A DNA stretch of 64,000 bases. It comes from Octopus sinensis. Its lineage: Eukaryota. The stretch covers positions 30,814,001 through 30,878,000 of the forward strand of contig NC_043013.1 in NCBI RefSeq assembly GCF_006345805.1. Direction: 5' to 3'. Below are positions 25,430-37,950 of this stretch, piece by piece; within the stretch, counting starts at the first letter, position 1, and each line of letters starts with the position of its first letter. Below the pieces are notes generated by a model. The model saw only the letters and a list, made by a program, of their open reading frames with translations. It made no database searches and was not told the origin of the DNA. The position numbers and the translations under genes are program-made.

Positions 25430-25850
25430 GTTTCAAATTTTGGTGCCAGAACTATAATTTGTGGGAGGAGAATAATAAATTAAAACGAGCCCAGTTCTCA
25501 GTCGATACTTATTTTGTCAAACCCGAAAGGATGAAAATCAAATCGGATGTCGGTGGAATTTGAACTCAGAGAGTAAGGACGGACGAAATGCTGCTGAACA
25601 TTTTGCCAGGCGTGCTCATGAGTCAGCCAGGTCGACGCATAGATAGGGATTATAATATTCCTTTTTACTAAATTTTGAGTGAGAGGGCTGGTCGATTAGG
25701 TTCACCCTAGTGCTTGACTGGTATTTAATTTATCAACACTGAAAGGATGAAAGGCAAAGTTGACCACGGAAGAATTTCAACATGGAACGTGAAGAGAGAC
25801 GAAATGGCCCTGAGCATTTCTTCCGGCGTGCAAACGATCCTCTCAAATTG
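25430..25850 (-). mobile_element. Two diverged tandem family-1 SINE copies
   Basis: CCCGAAAGGATGAAA..GGAATTTGAACTCAGA..GACGAAATG occurs twice (25430-25640, 25670-25850) and is the reverse complement of the family-1 body. Confidence 0.7.
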
Positions 25851-27208
25851 ACGGTTATTTATTATAGAGTTCATGATAAGTTTCTGTTATTCCGTTAGTT
25901 TACCTATCAAACAACGAGTAAACATTTCTAACACGAATATTCTTTTTGTTGAAAAACGGAAATTGCTAACATAGTAAATAAATTTTAAAATGGAGACAGG
26001 AAGCAAACATCACAATAGACATCAGCCCCCATTTGATTCGATTGGTAATAGCTGACAGTCATTTTGAATGTTTTACAATACACGGATCTAATTGCATTTT
26101 CATAATAATGTAGTCAAACGTGAGTTATTGAAATTTTATTATACATAGGTTCTACAATTTTGGCTACATAGAAAATTGTAATTCATACTTTATCATTAAT
26201 ATTTACATGGCCATCCTGTAATTTCTTCCTACACTGTATCTAGCAACTTATTTAATAGAATAGCAGCCATGGCAATCTTGTTTACTTTTAACGATTCCAA
26301 TGTTTATATTGTCTAATGTTTTGCTTCACTATTTTGTAAATGGGCAGAAGAGATATGAAGGGAAATTTGGCTTGTATATCTAACAAAGTACAGGTTCCAT
26401 ATTGTTCCATGCTTTGTTGTAACTGCTTAATAACAGTTTAGAATATATATTTATATATTGACTTCAGTAATAACACTCCTGGCTTATGGACACTCTACCT
26501 TCTAATGTTGTAACCGATCTCGTTGTACTTATTCGAGGTTAGCAATTATGCCATGAACGTATAGTTAATGCTTCACTGCGTACATCGCTTCTCACACAAC
26601 AACGGTTTTCTGTGTGAAAACATAAATGTATAAAAAAGGACTCGATTACTCTCAAACAACCAAATATGCATATATTTATATACACATATGTGTGAGTGCA
26701 TGTATATGTATCTGTATGTACGTGTGTTCGAGTGTGTCTGTGTGTGCGTGTGTATATGAGTGAGTGCGCGAATGGGTCAGTGAGTGACTAACTGTGTATG
26801 TGCTCATGTCTGTGTCCTAATACTAAGTGGACTAACCCGTTTGGAATGAAATTTAGTACATTGAAGCTTTGCGTTTATGACGAAGGAATTCTAAGGAGTT
26901 TCCATGTACGATATTATATTATCAGCATAATACTTTAACTATAAATGAAAAGCATTTTTACATTTGCTTTTGTACAGAAAACTCTGGGTTGCCCCTTCAT
27001 AGTCTCGTTATGTTTGCATGGGTAAAGAAGAAATTTCTAGAATTTTTTTGGTTTTTTTAAGTACTTTAAAAAAAAAAATTTTGTAAATCTCAGGTAGCAT
27101 TCAATGAAAAGCCAGGGCAGACGCTCACACGCACAACCCGACACATATTCATATGCATTCATGTATAAACTATACATGGGTATGAATGTATACATACACA
27201 CACACATG

Positions 27209-27257
<49 letters not shown>

Positions 27258-27332
27258 TTATTTATTTATTTTATGTATGTATATATTATTAATATATATA
27301 CCTACAGATATACATATATATGTGGGGGGTGT

Positions 27333-27387
<55 letters not shown>

Positions 27388-28103
27388 ATGATACCGATTA
27401 AGTTTCTACTCATTTGAATTATTTTATTGCATTTCCTTTGAACTTCTGGATAACAAATATTATTACTGATATTTAATGGCATATAAAATCTATTGATATT
27501 ATATTTAGTTATATTGTGGAAGATAACACTCTATAATTAAAACTTCATGTGAAGAAGGATGAGACTTAAAAAATTATTATTTACATCGTATAACTGTAAA
27601 TAATTTTCCATTAATAAATTCATTAATTTACTATCAGCGTATATATTACTTTCAGAGTATTAAATAACATAATATATATTTTTATTTGTTTTTGTTAATG
27701 TAAAATACTTCGACATACGAAGAAAAATCAAATTTTGCAGTCAATATATTATGTTAGTTAATATTAGACTAATAAAAATGCGTACGGCATTTGCTTTGTG
27801 AGGTCATGAGTTAAACGTTACTATGCAAACCTATTTCTCCGTCTATACTTTAACTATATTAATTGAGTAATGTAGTTCAGCCTTAATAGAGAGCGGATAT
27901 AATGTTTCAGGACTCTGGCAGACAGAAATTATGAGATGCTAGGTTTGCTCTCTCAGAATTGATTACGTGCTCTAGGCTAAAAAACAGCCTCATATATACC
28001 TGCACTCACTCACATACACACACGCAACACGTACACATAATTTATATATATTATATATATATATGTGTGTGTGTATATACATACATATAGATATATGTAC
28101 ACA

Positions 28104-28155
<52 letters not shown>

Positions 28156-28560
28156 ATATATAAAACTGAAATGCGTTTTTACCGCTTGGTTCGCTTTCAA
28201 TGCCACTACAACCCGTCCGATTCGCTCCAAAATTTACAGGGACATGTAGAATGAGGTGACGATGCGCGTGGGCTACCTTAGAAATCCCTATTTTAAAAGC
28301 TGTGGTTTCTAGGGGGCCATCTTCCTACCTCACCCTATTTCCTCCAGTACTCTGTCACTCCTCTTCATTTATAACTTTCAGAATGCCACTACGGTTATTT
28401 AAAGTATCTGTCACTATCGCTATTTCCTTTCTTTTTCACTGACTGTTTCCTACCTTCCTTTCACTTCGGCGGTGTTCTTTTAAGTATATGACTGTCACCA
28501 ACAATCAACACACGAGCATGAGAACAAATATTATGAATCAGATATTCTTGCGTTCATTTA

Positions 28561-28765
28561 TGTGTGTGTATGTGTGTGTGTGTGTGTGTTCTATATATAA
28601 ATATGTATATATAATGTATGTGTGTGTGTGTGTGTGTGTTCTATATATAAATATGTATATATAATGTATGTGTGTGTGTGTGTGTGTGTTCTATATATAA
28701 ATATGTATATATAATGTATGTGTGTGTGTGTTCTATATATAAATATGTATATATAATGTATATAT
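28561..28765. repeat. ~50-bp minisatellite x4 ((TG)n-TTCTATATATAAATATGTATATATAATGTA)
   Basis: Directly visible. Confidence 0.9.
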
Positions 28766-28910
28766 ACAAAGTGTATATATCTGTATTTATGTATATTAAA
28801 CTTTTTCATACTTTTTCATAGTTATATATATTTTTAAAGAAATTATAAATATAATTTCATAATTTTTTTTTTCAATTTAAATAATTTAAAGTTTTCAATT
28901 TTATATTTTA

Positions 28911-29927
28911 CTAGCAGTATCGCCCGGCGTTGCTCGGGTTTGTAAGGGAAATAACTATATAAGCATTTTTAGTGAGTTATAGCAAAAATAATAGCAAAAA
29001 GTGCATTAAAAATGGAATAAAAAATGATAGTAATTTCTTTTTTAAATCGTTCACTCATCGTAGACATTTTTACAGAGTTACTTCCCTTATATAGTAGCGA
29101 AAAATGCATTAAAATGGAATAAAAAATGATGGTAATTTTTTTTTTAAACGTTGACTCATCGTAGACATTTTTAGAGAGTTACTTCCCTTATATAATAGCG
29201 AGAAATGCACTAAAATGGAATAAAAAATGATGGTAATTTTTTTTTAAATCGTAGACTCATCGTAGACGCGCGCTAATACCCAGAAGGGCTCGATATGAAT
29301 CACGACTATAAGATACCCGGTTTTGGTTACACTGCACCGCAAAATGTGGGAGTAGTTAGGAATCTAAATCGTAGGAGACAGACACACAACCTTACTTTTA
29401 TATATAAAGATTTGTGCAACAACTAAAACATTCGGTTGTGCAAATTGTTTGCACAGGAAACCTGCCCTGTGTGGCGGTAATTGCCGTTTTTGTGGATCTG
29501 TTTCAGCTTTTTTAGCGATTTCTGTTTTGGCGACTTCAGGCCATGAAGTCGTTGTTCTAAAACAACGCTGGTCTCCTTCACAACGCATTACGACGTTGAT
29601 TTCCTTACACTCCCTTCCCCACAGCTTCACGAGGGAGGCAAGAAGGGGGAGAAGCAACACAGGTGCATGCGTGAGCGTGGACGCCAACTCCGCCGCCATC
29701 GACACACGAAAAAATATGCATTAAAATGGAATAAAAAAATGATGTTAAATTATTTTTAAAATCGTAGACTCATCTTAGACGCGCGCTAATACCCAGACGG
29801 GCTCGATATGAATCACGACTATAAGATACCCGAATTTGGTTAAACTGCACCGCAAAATGTGGGAGTAGTTAGGAATCTAAATCGAAGTGGACAGACACTC
29901 ACACAACTACAGTTTTATATATATAGA
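28911..29927 (-). mobile_element. Head-to-tail pair of ~500-bp non-autonomous Helitrons
   Basis: Minus-strand TC starts are at 29927 and 29410, and the CTAG end with hairpin is at 28911. The sequence is homologous to 23659-24169. The 28911-29410 unit has three ~97-bp internal repeats. Confidence 0.8.
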
Positions 29928-30070
29928 TATATTTTCTATGTTATATTTTCTTTTTTTATGTTTTTCTTTTTGGTTTTTCACTGTTTGATTTGCCTATTAG
30001 TGGTTTTATCTCTAATTTAATTTGTACAGATATATATCTCATTTGTATACATTTGTATATATAATGCGTG

Positions 30071-30104
<34 letters not shown>

Positions 30105-30929
30105 CACATATATATATGTGTGCATTACGTAGTCGGTCGATTCACCTGAAAATATGCACACCTATGTTAAAGGTGCTGACAAGTTTGCATCACAACTATT
30201 TTGTTCCTCAAATGAAAGGCGTCACCTCTAGGACAAAATTCCTCATCTTATAAAATGTGGCCCCAGTACACCCGAATGAAATCGGGTTATATTAACCAAA
30301 ATGTGAAAAGGGTTCTAAATGGGGCTGGAAGGGGATTAAAATTTCAAGGAGCGGGTGTTTAGGAATTCTCTGTTGCATCAAGCTAAAAAATTTGCGCCAG
30401 CCTTTTAATCGTCAATGTGTTGCCGTCCATGATACAGAAGTTTTGAATGCTTGCCATGGTGAGTCTACTGTCGTGAGAAAGAATCACTTCAAAACTTGGT
30501 GTTTACGAATTTTCTTTTACATCGAGTTCAAAATTTTACGCCAGCCGTTAAACTGTCACTACGTTGCTGTACGTCGTTAAGAAATGCCAGCCATGGTGAC
30601 TCTACTATCCTCAGATTCTATCCCTTCAAACTTTGGTTTCCAATATTTTATTATTTTTATTCAGCTCGCAAGTTCGTCTGTCCCTTTTAAATGTTAGCGT
30701 TTTGCTGTCTGCCTTGAAGCAGACCTTTCCATTGACACTGCCTCATATTTCTGATTGATCTTTCTAAATATTTTATTTCTCAACTTACTCAAGATCTTCT
30801 GTTGTTTATAAATGGGAGAGAGATAGATAAAGATAGAGAGTAAGAGAAAGCGAGGGAGAGTCAGAGAGAAAAAGAAAAGTAAGAGAGTGGGAAAGTGAGA
30901 GAGAAAGGAGAGAGAAACAAATACGGAGA

Positions 30930-31116
30930 ATCATCATCATCATCATCGTTTAACGTCCGTTTTCCGTGCTAGCACGGGTTGGGCAGTGTGACCGGGGTCT
31001 CGGAAGTCAGGAGTCTGCACCAGGCTCCAGTCTGATCTGGCAGTGTTTCTACAGGTGGATGACCTTCCTAACGCCAACCACTCTGTGAGTGTAGTGAGTG
31101 CTTTTTTTCGTGCCGC
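30930..31116 (-). mobile_element. 3' tail of an RTE-type retroposon ending in (GAT)n
   Basis: The minus strand ends ...GTGCTAGCACGGAAAACGGACGTTAAACGATGATGATGAT. It is duplicated at 32795-33110. Confidence 0.7.
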
Positions 31117-31500
31117 TTGGTTCGCTTTCAATGCCACTACATCCCGTCCGATTCGCTCCAAAATTTACAGGCACATGTAGAATGAGGTGACGATGCGCGT
31201 GGGCTACCCTAGAAATCCCTATCTTAAAAGTTGTGGTTGCTAGGGGCCATCTTCCTACCTCACCCTATTTCCTCCAGTACTCTGTCACTCCTCTTCATTT
31301 GACAATGCAACTACCGTTATTTAATGTAAAGTCTTCCTCAAATCAATCTGTCGCTATTTACTCTCTTCCAAGAACATTTTCACTCACTCTATCTCAAACC
31401 TTCCTATACATTTTACTCATGTATCTATCAGCGTTCATGGACAGTAACAAATATTACATAGCCATCCCCATCGCCATCGCATTCTATTGTCTACCTGTCA

Positions 31501-31531
<31 letters not shown>

Positions 31532-31907
31532 CATATATCTAATATTATATTTTTATTTTTATGTTTTTGTTTTTGGTTTTTTACTGTTTCATTTCCCTAT
31601 TAGTGGTTTTATCTCTAATTTAATTTCTACAGCGTGCACACACACACACACACACACACCTATATGTGGCCCCAGTACACCCGAATGAAATCGGGTTCTC
31701 TTCATCAAAATGTGAAAAGGGGTCTACAATTATCATCGCCACAACTTATGTATGTCTTCCTCACTCACTCACTTTTTCCTAATGATAATTATCATCGCCA
31801 CCACCAACACCACCAACACACAATCTGGACAATCTTTCTCTTATAACAAATCATGTTTACATTGCAACGACGTCTGCCACCTCCGCCGTCTCTATTTATT
31901 CTGCAAA

Positions 31908-32100
31908 TGACCAGAACTCGGGAAACTTGGTTTAGTGTTCTATGGTCTATGACCAGAACTCGGGAAACTTGGTTGAGTGTTCTATGGTCTATGACCAGAA
32001 CTCGGGAAACTTGCTTGACTGTTCTATGGTCTATGACCAGAAATCGGGAAACTTGGTTGAGTGTTCTATGGTCTATGACCAGAACTTGGGAAACTTGGTT
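31908..32100. repeat. 42-bp minisatellite, ~4.6 copies (ATGACCAGAACTCGGGAAACTTGGTTGAGTGTTCTATGGTCT)
   Basis: Directly adjacent copies with no spacers. Confidence 0.95.
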
Positions 32101-32794
32101 GAATCCTCATCTTATAAAATGTGGCCCCAGTAGACCCAAATGAAATCGGGTTATATTAATCAAAAGGTGAAAAGGGGTATAAATGGGGCTGGAAGGGGAT
32201 TAAAATTTAAAGGAGCGGGTGTTTAGCAATTCTCTGTTACATCAAGCTAAAAAATTTGCGCCAGCCTTTTAATCGTCAATGTGTTGCCGTCCACGATGAA
32301 GAAGTTTTGAATGCTTGCCATCGTGAGTCTACTGTCATGAGAAAGAATCAAGTCAAAACTTGGTTTTTAGGGATTTTCTTTTACATCAAGTTCAAAATTT
32401 TACGCCAGCCGTTGAACTGTCAATACGTTGCTGTCCGTCGTTAAGAAATGCTAGCCATGGTGACTCTACTATCCTCAAATTCTATCCCTTCACACTTTGG
32501 TTTCCAATATTTTAGTATTTTTATTCAGCTCGCAAGTTCATCTGTCCCTTTTAAATGTTAGTGTTTTGCTGTCTGTCTTGAAGCAGACCTTTCCTTTGTA
32601 ACTGTCTGATATTTATGATTGATCTTTCTAAATATTTTATTTCTCAACTTACTCAAGATCTTTTGTTGTTTATAAATGGGAGAGAGATACATAAAGATAG
32701 AGAGTAAGAGAAAGCGAGGGAGAGTCCGAGAGAAAGGAAGAGTAAGAGAGTGGGAAAGTGAGAGAGAAAGGAGAAAGAAACAAAGAGGGAGAAT

Positions 32795-33110
32795 CATCAT
32801 CATCATCATCATCGTTTAACGCCCGTTTTCCGTGCTAGCACGGGTTGGACAGTTTGACAGGGGTCTGGGAAGCCAGGAGGCTGCACCAGGCTCCAGTCTG
32901 ATCTGGCAGTGTTTCGACAGGTGGATGCCCTTCCTAACGCCAACCACTCTGTGAGCGTAGTGGGTGCTTTTTTCGTGCCGCCTGCACAGGTGCCAGGGGC
33001 TGGCAGCGGCCACGATCGGTTGGTGCTTTTTACGTGCCACCAGCACAGAAGCCAGTCAAGGCGGCGCTGCAATCGGCCACGTTCGTATGGTGCTTTTTAC
33101 GTGTTGAAAG
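32795..33110 (-). mobile_element. 3' tail of an RTE-type retroposon ending in (GAT)n, longer copy
   Basis: Same tail as 30930-31116, extending further toward the element's 5' end. Confidence 0.7.
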
Positions 33111-34104
33111 GAAGCAACAGAAAGTAACAACCACACTCTTACCCGCGCGTAGAGCGGGTCACCTTCAGCTAGTATATATATATATATGCATATTTTGACT
33201 CAAAAGAAAGAGAAAGTAAGAAAATGGAGATATAACATTTAATAATAAAATATATTATATACAAAAATCATTCATAGTCTTTTACATCTGTTTCAAATAA
33301 CCTTAATAGATTAAATAGCAATTATTAAAATCATTATATGAGGCAAACCCTCTTTAGAAGGGTAGAAAAAATGATATACTGTTAGGTTTTTAAGAGTTGT
33401 ATTTTAGAATTATCACAGCAGACTGTGTATTATTTTATGGTTAGTGTTGGTATATGCCCGGATTAGACGGTTATAGGTTGTTTTAGTGGGAAATGGATTG
33501 TGAATATAATTAGGGTAATAATCGGTAAATAAATAGTCTTTGAATAGTAAATTACATGAAGAAGAGTTTTGTATGAATAAGAGGATAAACTATATTCTTA
33601 GTTGTTTCCCGGTGCGTCCGTGAGTTAGTGTCACCTCACAGTGGCGGGAAACGTACAACAGGTTAGAAACTTAATGATGTGTCCATGCTCTACAAACACT
33701 TGACAGAAAACATTCAGAGCATTGATTGTTTGGACTTGTTCAATGAACTGTGTCAACCTTAACTTACGACGCCAAACATTGTCACTTGATTCTCACACAA
33801 GGACGTAGCGGGGAACCAAACAAAAACTTTCTAAGACCAGTCATGTGATTACCCACTACCAAACAAATCCTATTCAAACTGTATATTAATTTGAGCTATG
33901 AACTCCCTATAAAAACAGGGCAAGCTTCAAACACTAGTCAGAATCAAGACAGCAGCGACATAAGCCACTTCTTTCTCTTTGATCTTTTTGAAAATCAGTG
34001 TAAACTGTGAAACCAGTTACAGCTTCAAAATATCTATCCATGTGGAATAAAATAACATTGTTTTCTATATATCAAAATATATATGTGTGTGTATGTATGT
34101 GTAA

Positions 34105-34284
34105 TATGTATATACGTAAAATGGTTGTGTTAAGAACTTTGCTTCCCAAGCACATGGTTCCAGGTTCAGTTCCAATGTGTGGTACCTTGGGCAAGTGTCT
34201 TCTACTATAACCTCGGGCTGACCAAGGCGTTATGAGTGGATTTGATAGACAGAAACTGAAAGAAGCCCGTCGTATATGCATACT

Positions 34285-34285
<1 letters not shown>
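34105..34285 (+). mobile_element. tRNA-derived SINE, family 2, 5' half
   Basis: CACATGGTTCCAGGTTCAGTTCC..GGGCAAG..GAGTGGATTTG.TAGAC.GAAACTGAAAGAAGCCCGTCGTA matches 55449-55590. Confidence 0.8.
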
Positions 34286-34368
<83 letters not shown>

Positions 34369-36508
34369 ATATCTATATATGTATGTATGGTACCTCCATA
34401 CCCACAGTTTACACAGGTAGAGTACAATAGTTAGTGGACTGTTAGGTAGATAAATGTATATATATGTCGGTGTGGGTGTGAGTGTGTGTGTATGCACCTT
34501 TTTACCGTATGTAAGCATATAGAAATGAAAATAAACAGATCAACACACAGAGATGCACACACAAGGAAACATAGGTGCGTACATATAAAAACACGTGCTC
34601 ACACACACATTCATGGAGAATACACAAACACGGACATGTAACAGTGAGTGTGGTACACTATAAAGCAAAAGAGAAAATGACTCTCCCCAGACACAACAGA
34701 ATATGCTTCGACACACGAACTCATATAAAGAATCTTGCAAACCAAATTCAAAAACGAAAGATATATATATATATATTAGTTAACAAACTGGAAATCAAAC
34801 ATCGTAAAATGTTTCCAAAATGCATTGAGCAAATTACGAAGATGATCCAATTAATATATACGCAAAGTTCTTGCAGTCTAATTTTTTACGATGCGTATCG
34901 GTTATCCTTTCTGGAAAAGTCAATTGTGTTGTATCACATTCTTATGATACGTATTTTCTTTTCTAGCAACGGGTATAGATTTATCCCGGAAAATAATAAT
35001 GCAGCGTCCGTAATTACATTGCGTTGTACGTTTTTAATTCGTAGCAGGAACAAAGTTTTTGACTTAAACCGTAGTTTAGTCTCTAGACAAAGCAATTTGC
35101 TAATAGGAATGTACATAATATAGAATGTAACATAAATTATATAAAACTAAACAAACACCGCATATAAAACAAAGGTCTAATTCAAACTATAAATTCTATA
35201 TTTTAATTATGTTAAAATAAATACCATTATATTAAGATACATACCATAGCTACGTAGATTGAACTCGGCGATGTTATCCAAGTATCCACTCCAGCTACAG
35301 CATGAATGAACTGGGACTATTGACTGAAGTCAGCATTATCTACCACGAAAGGGAGTAGAATGCGTTTTAGTTGATGGTTCATTTTAAGAACGGCATTCAT
35401 ACTGATATTTAAGTCACAATATCACGATATATGTAAAGTGTTGGATCAAAATTTGTGCACTTTCTCTTTCATCTGTTGGGATTTCGACGAATCAGCAGTT
35501 ATTGAGGCGTTTGGGATATTTGGATATGGATAAATGCCTCTAGTGAATTTGCTGGTGTGTGAAGTTAATGATTTTGTGTTGAGTAAGTCACGAACTTCGG
35601 AGAAGTATTTCAATAATTAGGATCCAGTCGATTTTCTGGTAACGCAATCGATAATATCCAACGAAAATATTAGCATTAATATCAAAAGCATCGTTGAATG
35701 GCGATGTGGGAAGGGACTACGAATGACAGCTAGAATTGATTTTACTCCATTTCAAATTCTCTTGATACTGTTTGAAATTATTACCCATAAATTCGCGGTG
35801 ATTTCGTTATTCCGTTAATTGCTTCTGAACAATGGATAACATAAACGGATCTTTGTATTTCCTGAATAATCACGTGATTCTCTTTTCAGTTACACTTGCG
35901 GTATGTTAATTCTCTGCAGACTTTCTTACGTAAGTAGAATAACGCTATCAGATGCATACTAATGGGAGGATTAACGGCTCTTGAATAAATCGATGCTGAC
36001 ATAATAATCTTTAAATATTTAATGTCTTCAGAATCAATACGTGCTTGAAAGAATATATGCGTATCTGTATTTTTGTATTAATTTTAGAAACAAAGACAAA
36101 GTACTTAATAAGATATAGCAATCGCAACCAAACGTAAGCTTTCCGTTTCCTAAACGAATGCGCATCTTCCTGGTAGTTCGACTTCGTCCAAATAATAGTT
36201 GATCTCGTATAATATAATCGATATATTGACTTAGACAAAAGACGTTTGTTATTACTGTTAAATGATTTTGATATTAGGCTTCTTGGGCAGTATTCGATGC
36301 TGGCCTAAATAAAACCAATGTAATTCGATTCTTCGCCGTATGGATAAATCGTATTTACATTGGCATATATTTCATAATGTGTCATAATCATTGATTTAAT
36401 GCTAAAATATTTAATCAATTAAATAAAGCTGAGTCTAGTTTTAAATATTAGTACACATATTGTGACATACTAACCGCAGCTGGCAAACCCAAGTATATAT
36501 CGTACTTT

Positions 36509-36687
36509 TGAAACTTAAATTATTTTATATTCGGATATGTTTGTCTGTGTCCTATACAATTCATAAGCATAGTGGTGTTGATTGTAACAAAGTATATACT
36601 GTACATCCTAACAATCAACACCGCTATGTTTATGAGTTTTATAGGACACAGACGAACGTATCCGAAAATAAAGTAATTTAAATTTCA
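36509..36687. repeat. Inverted repeat with 77-bp arms (68/77 matches) and a 25-bp spacer
   Basis: Arms 36509-36585 and 36611-36687 were aligned base by base. Confidence 0.95.
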
Positions 36688-36872
36688 GAAATATATTGCA
36701 TTTTCGATATTTTTGAATCGTAAATATTTAAAATCTTTATTATATCGAAAATATTTTATGCTGCATACAAAATACGCAAATGAACACACATATATGCTTA
36801 CATTTATATATAATATAAGTGTATATATATTTATATGCATATATAATATATATATGCATATATATATATATA

Positions 36873-36953
<81 letters not shown>

Positions 36954-36991
36954 CATACACACACACACACACACACATGTATATATATATA

Positions 36992-37950
36992 CAGGTGTTG
37001 GGAAAATAAAACAAACACCTTGTTAAATCGAGTTTATGTTATTTAATACGATCTTTTAAATAATACTCCGTATTATATAATATTTGGCCTCAGCCACCGC
37101 TTATGCTGAGGAATTGATTCATACATGCTCTGAACACTTGTTAAGAGAATTGTGAGATCCTCGTCAAGTAAAACTTACTTAAGCACTTTAATTGATAACG
37201 GTGGGGAAAAGCGTCTCTTTAACACTGACTGCGGGGAAATTTTACGTGGTCTCCTTCACTGTTGTAATCTGAGCTCTAACTTTGATTGCATAACCATGCG
37301 GGTCAACAGATTATCATCCGATTAGTATTCGATGCCTTTAAGGAATGACATTTGTACTACAAATTGGACATAATCAGTCAAAACAGAAACCGAAATACTC
37401 AAGTAATTGTTTGCGTTAATTATGTTACATAGGCCAATTAATTGCCAGGTGAATTTCAGTAAAAGCTGTCTCCAGATGCAAATTCACCCATATTGGGAAG
37501 AAGTGTGAACAATGACGTTGTCTTATTGAGCCATGGAACACTTCTGACACTCTAGACATTTTTCTACTAATCAATGTTGATAAAGGAAAAGAGAGGTTTA
37601 GCAATTGTAGCCCTTACGTTTTGTTCAACGTTATGAAAGCCAGATGAACGGATAATGTTGGCAATGTTTTTATCATATTTACTGTCGTACTTTGATGGTT
37701 TTTAGACAGTACATTTCATTATTCCGCAGTTCCTTTCTGTGGGTTTTTGCCTTTCCTACACATTTTTGTTTGACAGAACTAGTTTTACGTAAGGTTTTGA
37801 AATACGTACATGATTTTTGTGACTACCACGCGAAACCTTAAATCAGTCAATACTCTTATAGCCTAAAATTACTGATATTGGCTAAACTCTGCATCTATCC
37901 GCTCGCCCGCAATTTGTCCTCTTTCGAAATAAGATTGGACAGGCATTTCA
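36992..37950 (-). mobile_element. Degenerate Tc1-like transposon
   Basis: A TA|CAGGTGTTGGGAAAATAA terminus is at 36992. Minus-strand frames give M..SYFERGQIAGERI (Tc1 HTH start near 37946), KTSSVKQKC, AKPL and IWRQ, with C-terminal QSMYESIP..AVAEAK and many disruptions. Confidence 0.7.

Larger units (their letters stand above)
28153..33172 (+). mobile_element. Composite ~5-kb non-autonomous Helitron with internal tandem duplication and nested inserts
   Basis: The 5' end A|TCTATATATAAAACTG is at 28153. The 3' hairpin ACCCGC-GCGTAGA-GCGGGT plus CACCTTCAGCTAG|T ends at 33172. Internal blocks are duplicated: 28182-28400 with 31113-31320, and 30240-31116 with 32104-32981. Confidence 0.6.

Noticed and set aside
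31908-32100. CRISPR-like array
   Set aside because: The repeats are contiguous with no unique spacers, there are no cas genes, and the context is eukaryotic.
35300-35900. Helitron Rep-domain relic on the minus strand
   Set aside because: Only faint EIP/DPxLY-like resemblances appear among many stops; not supportable without a search.
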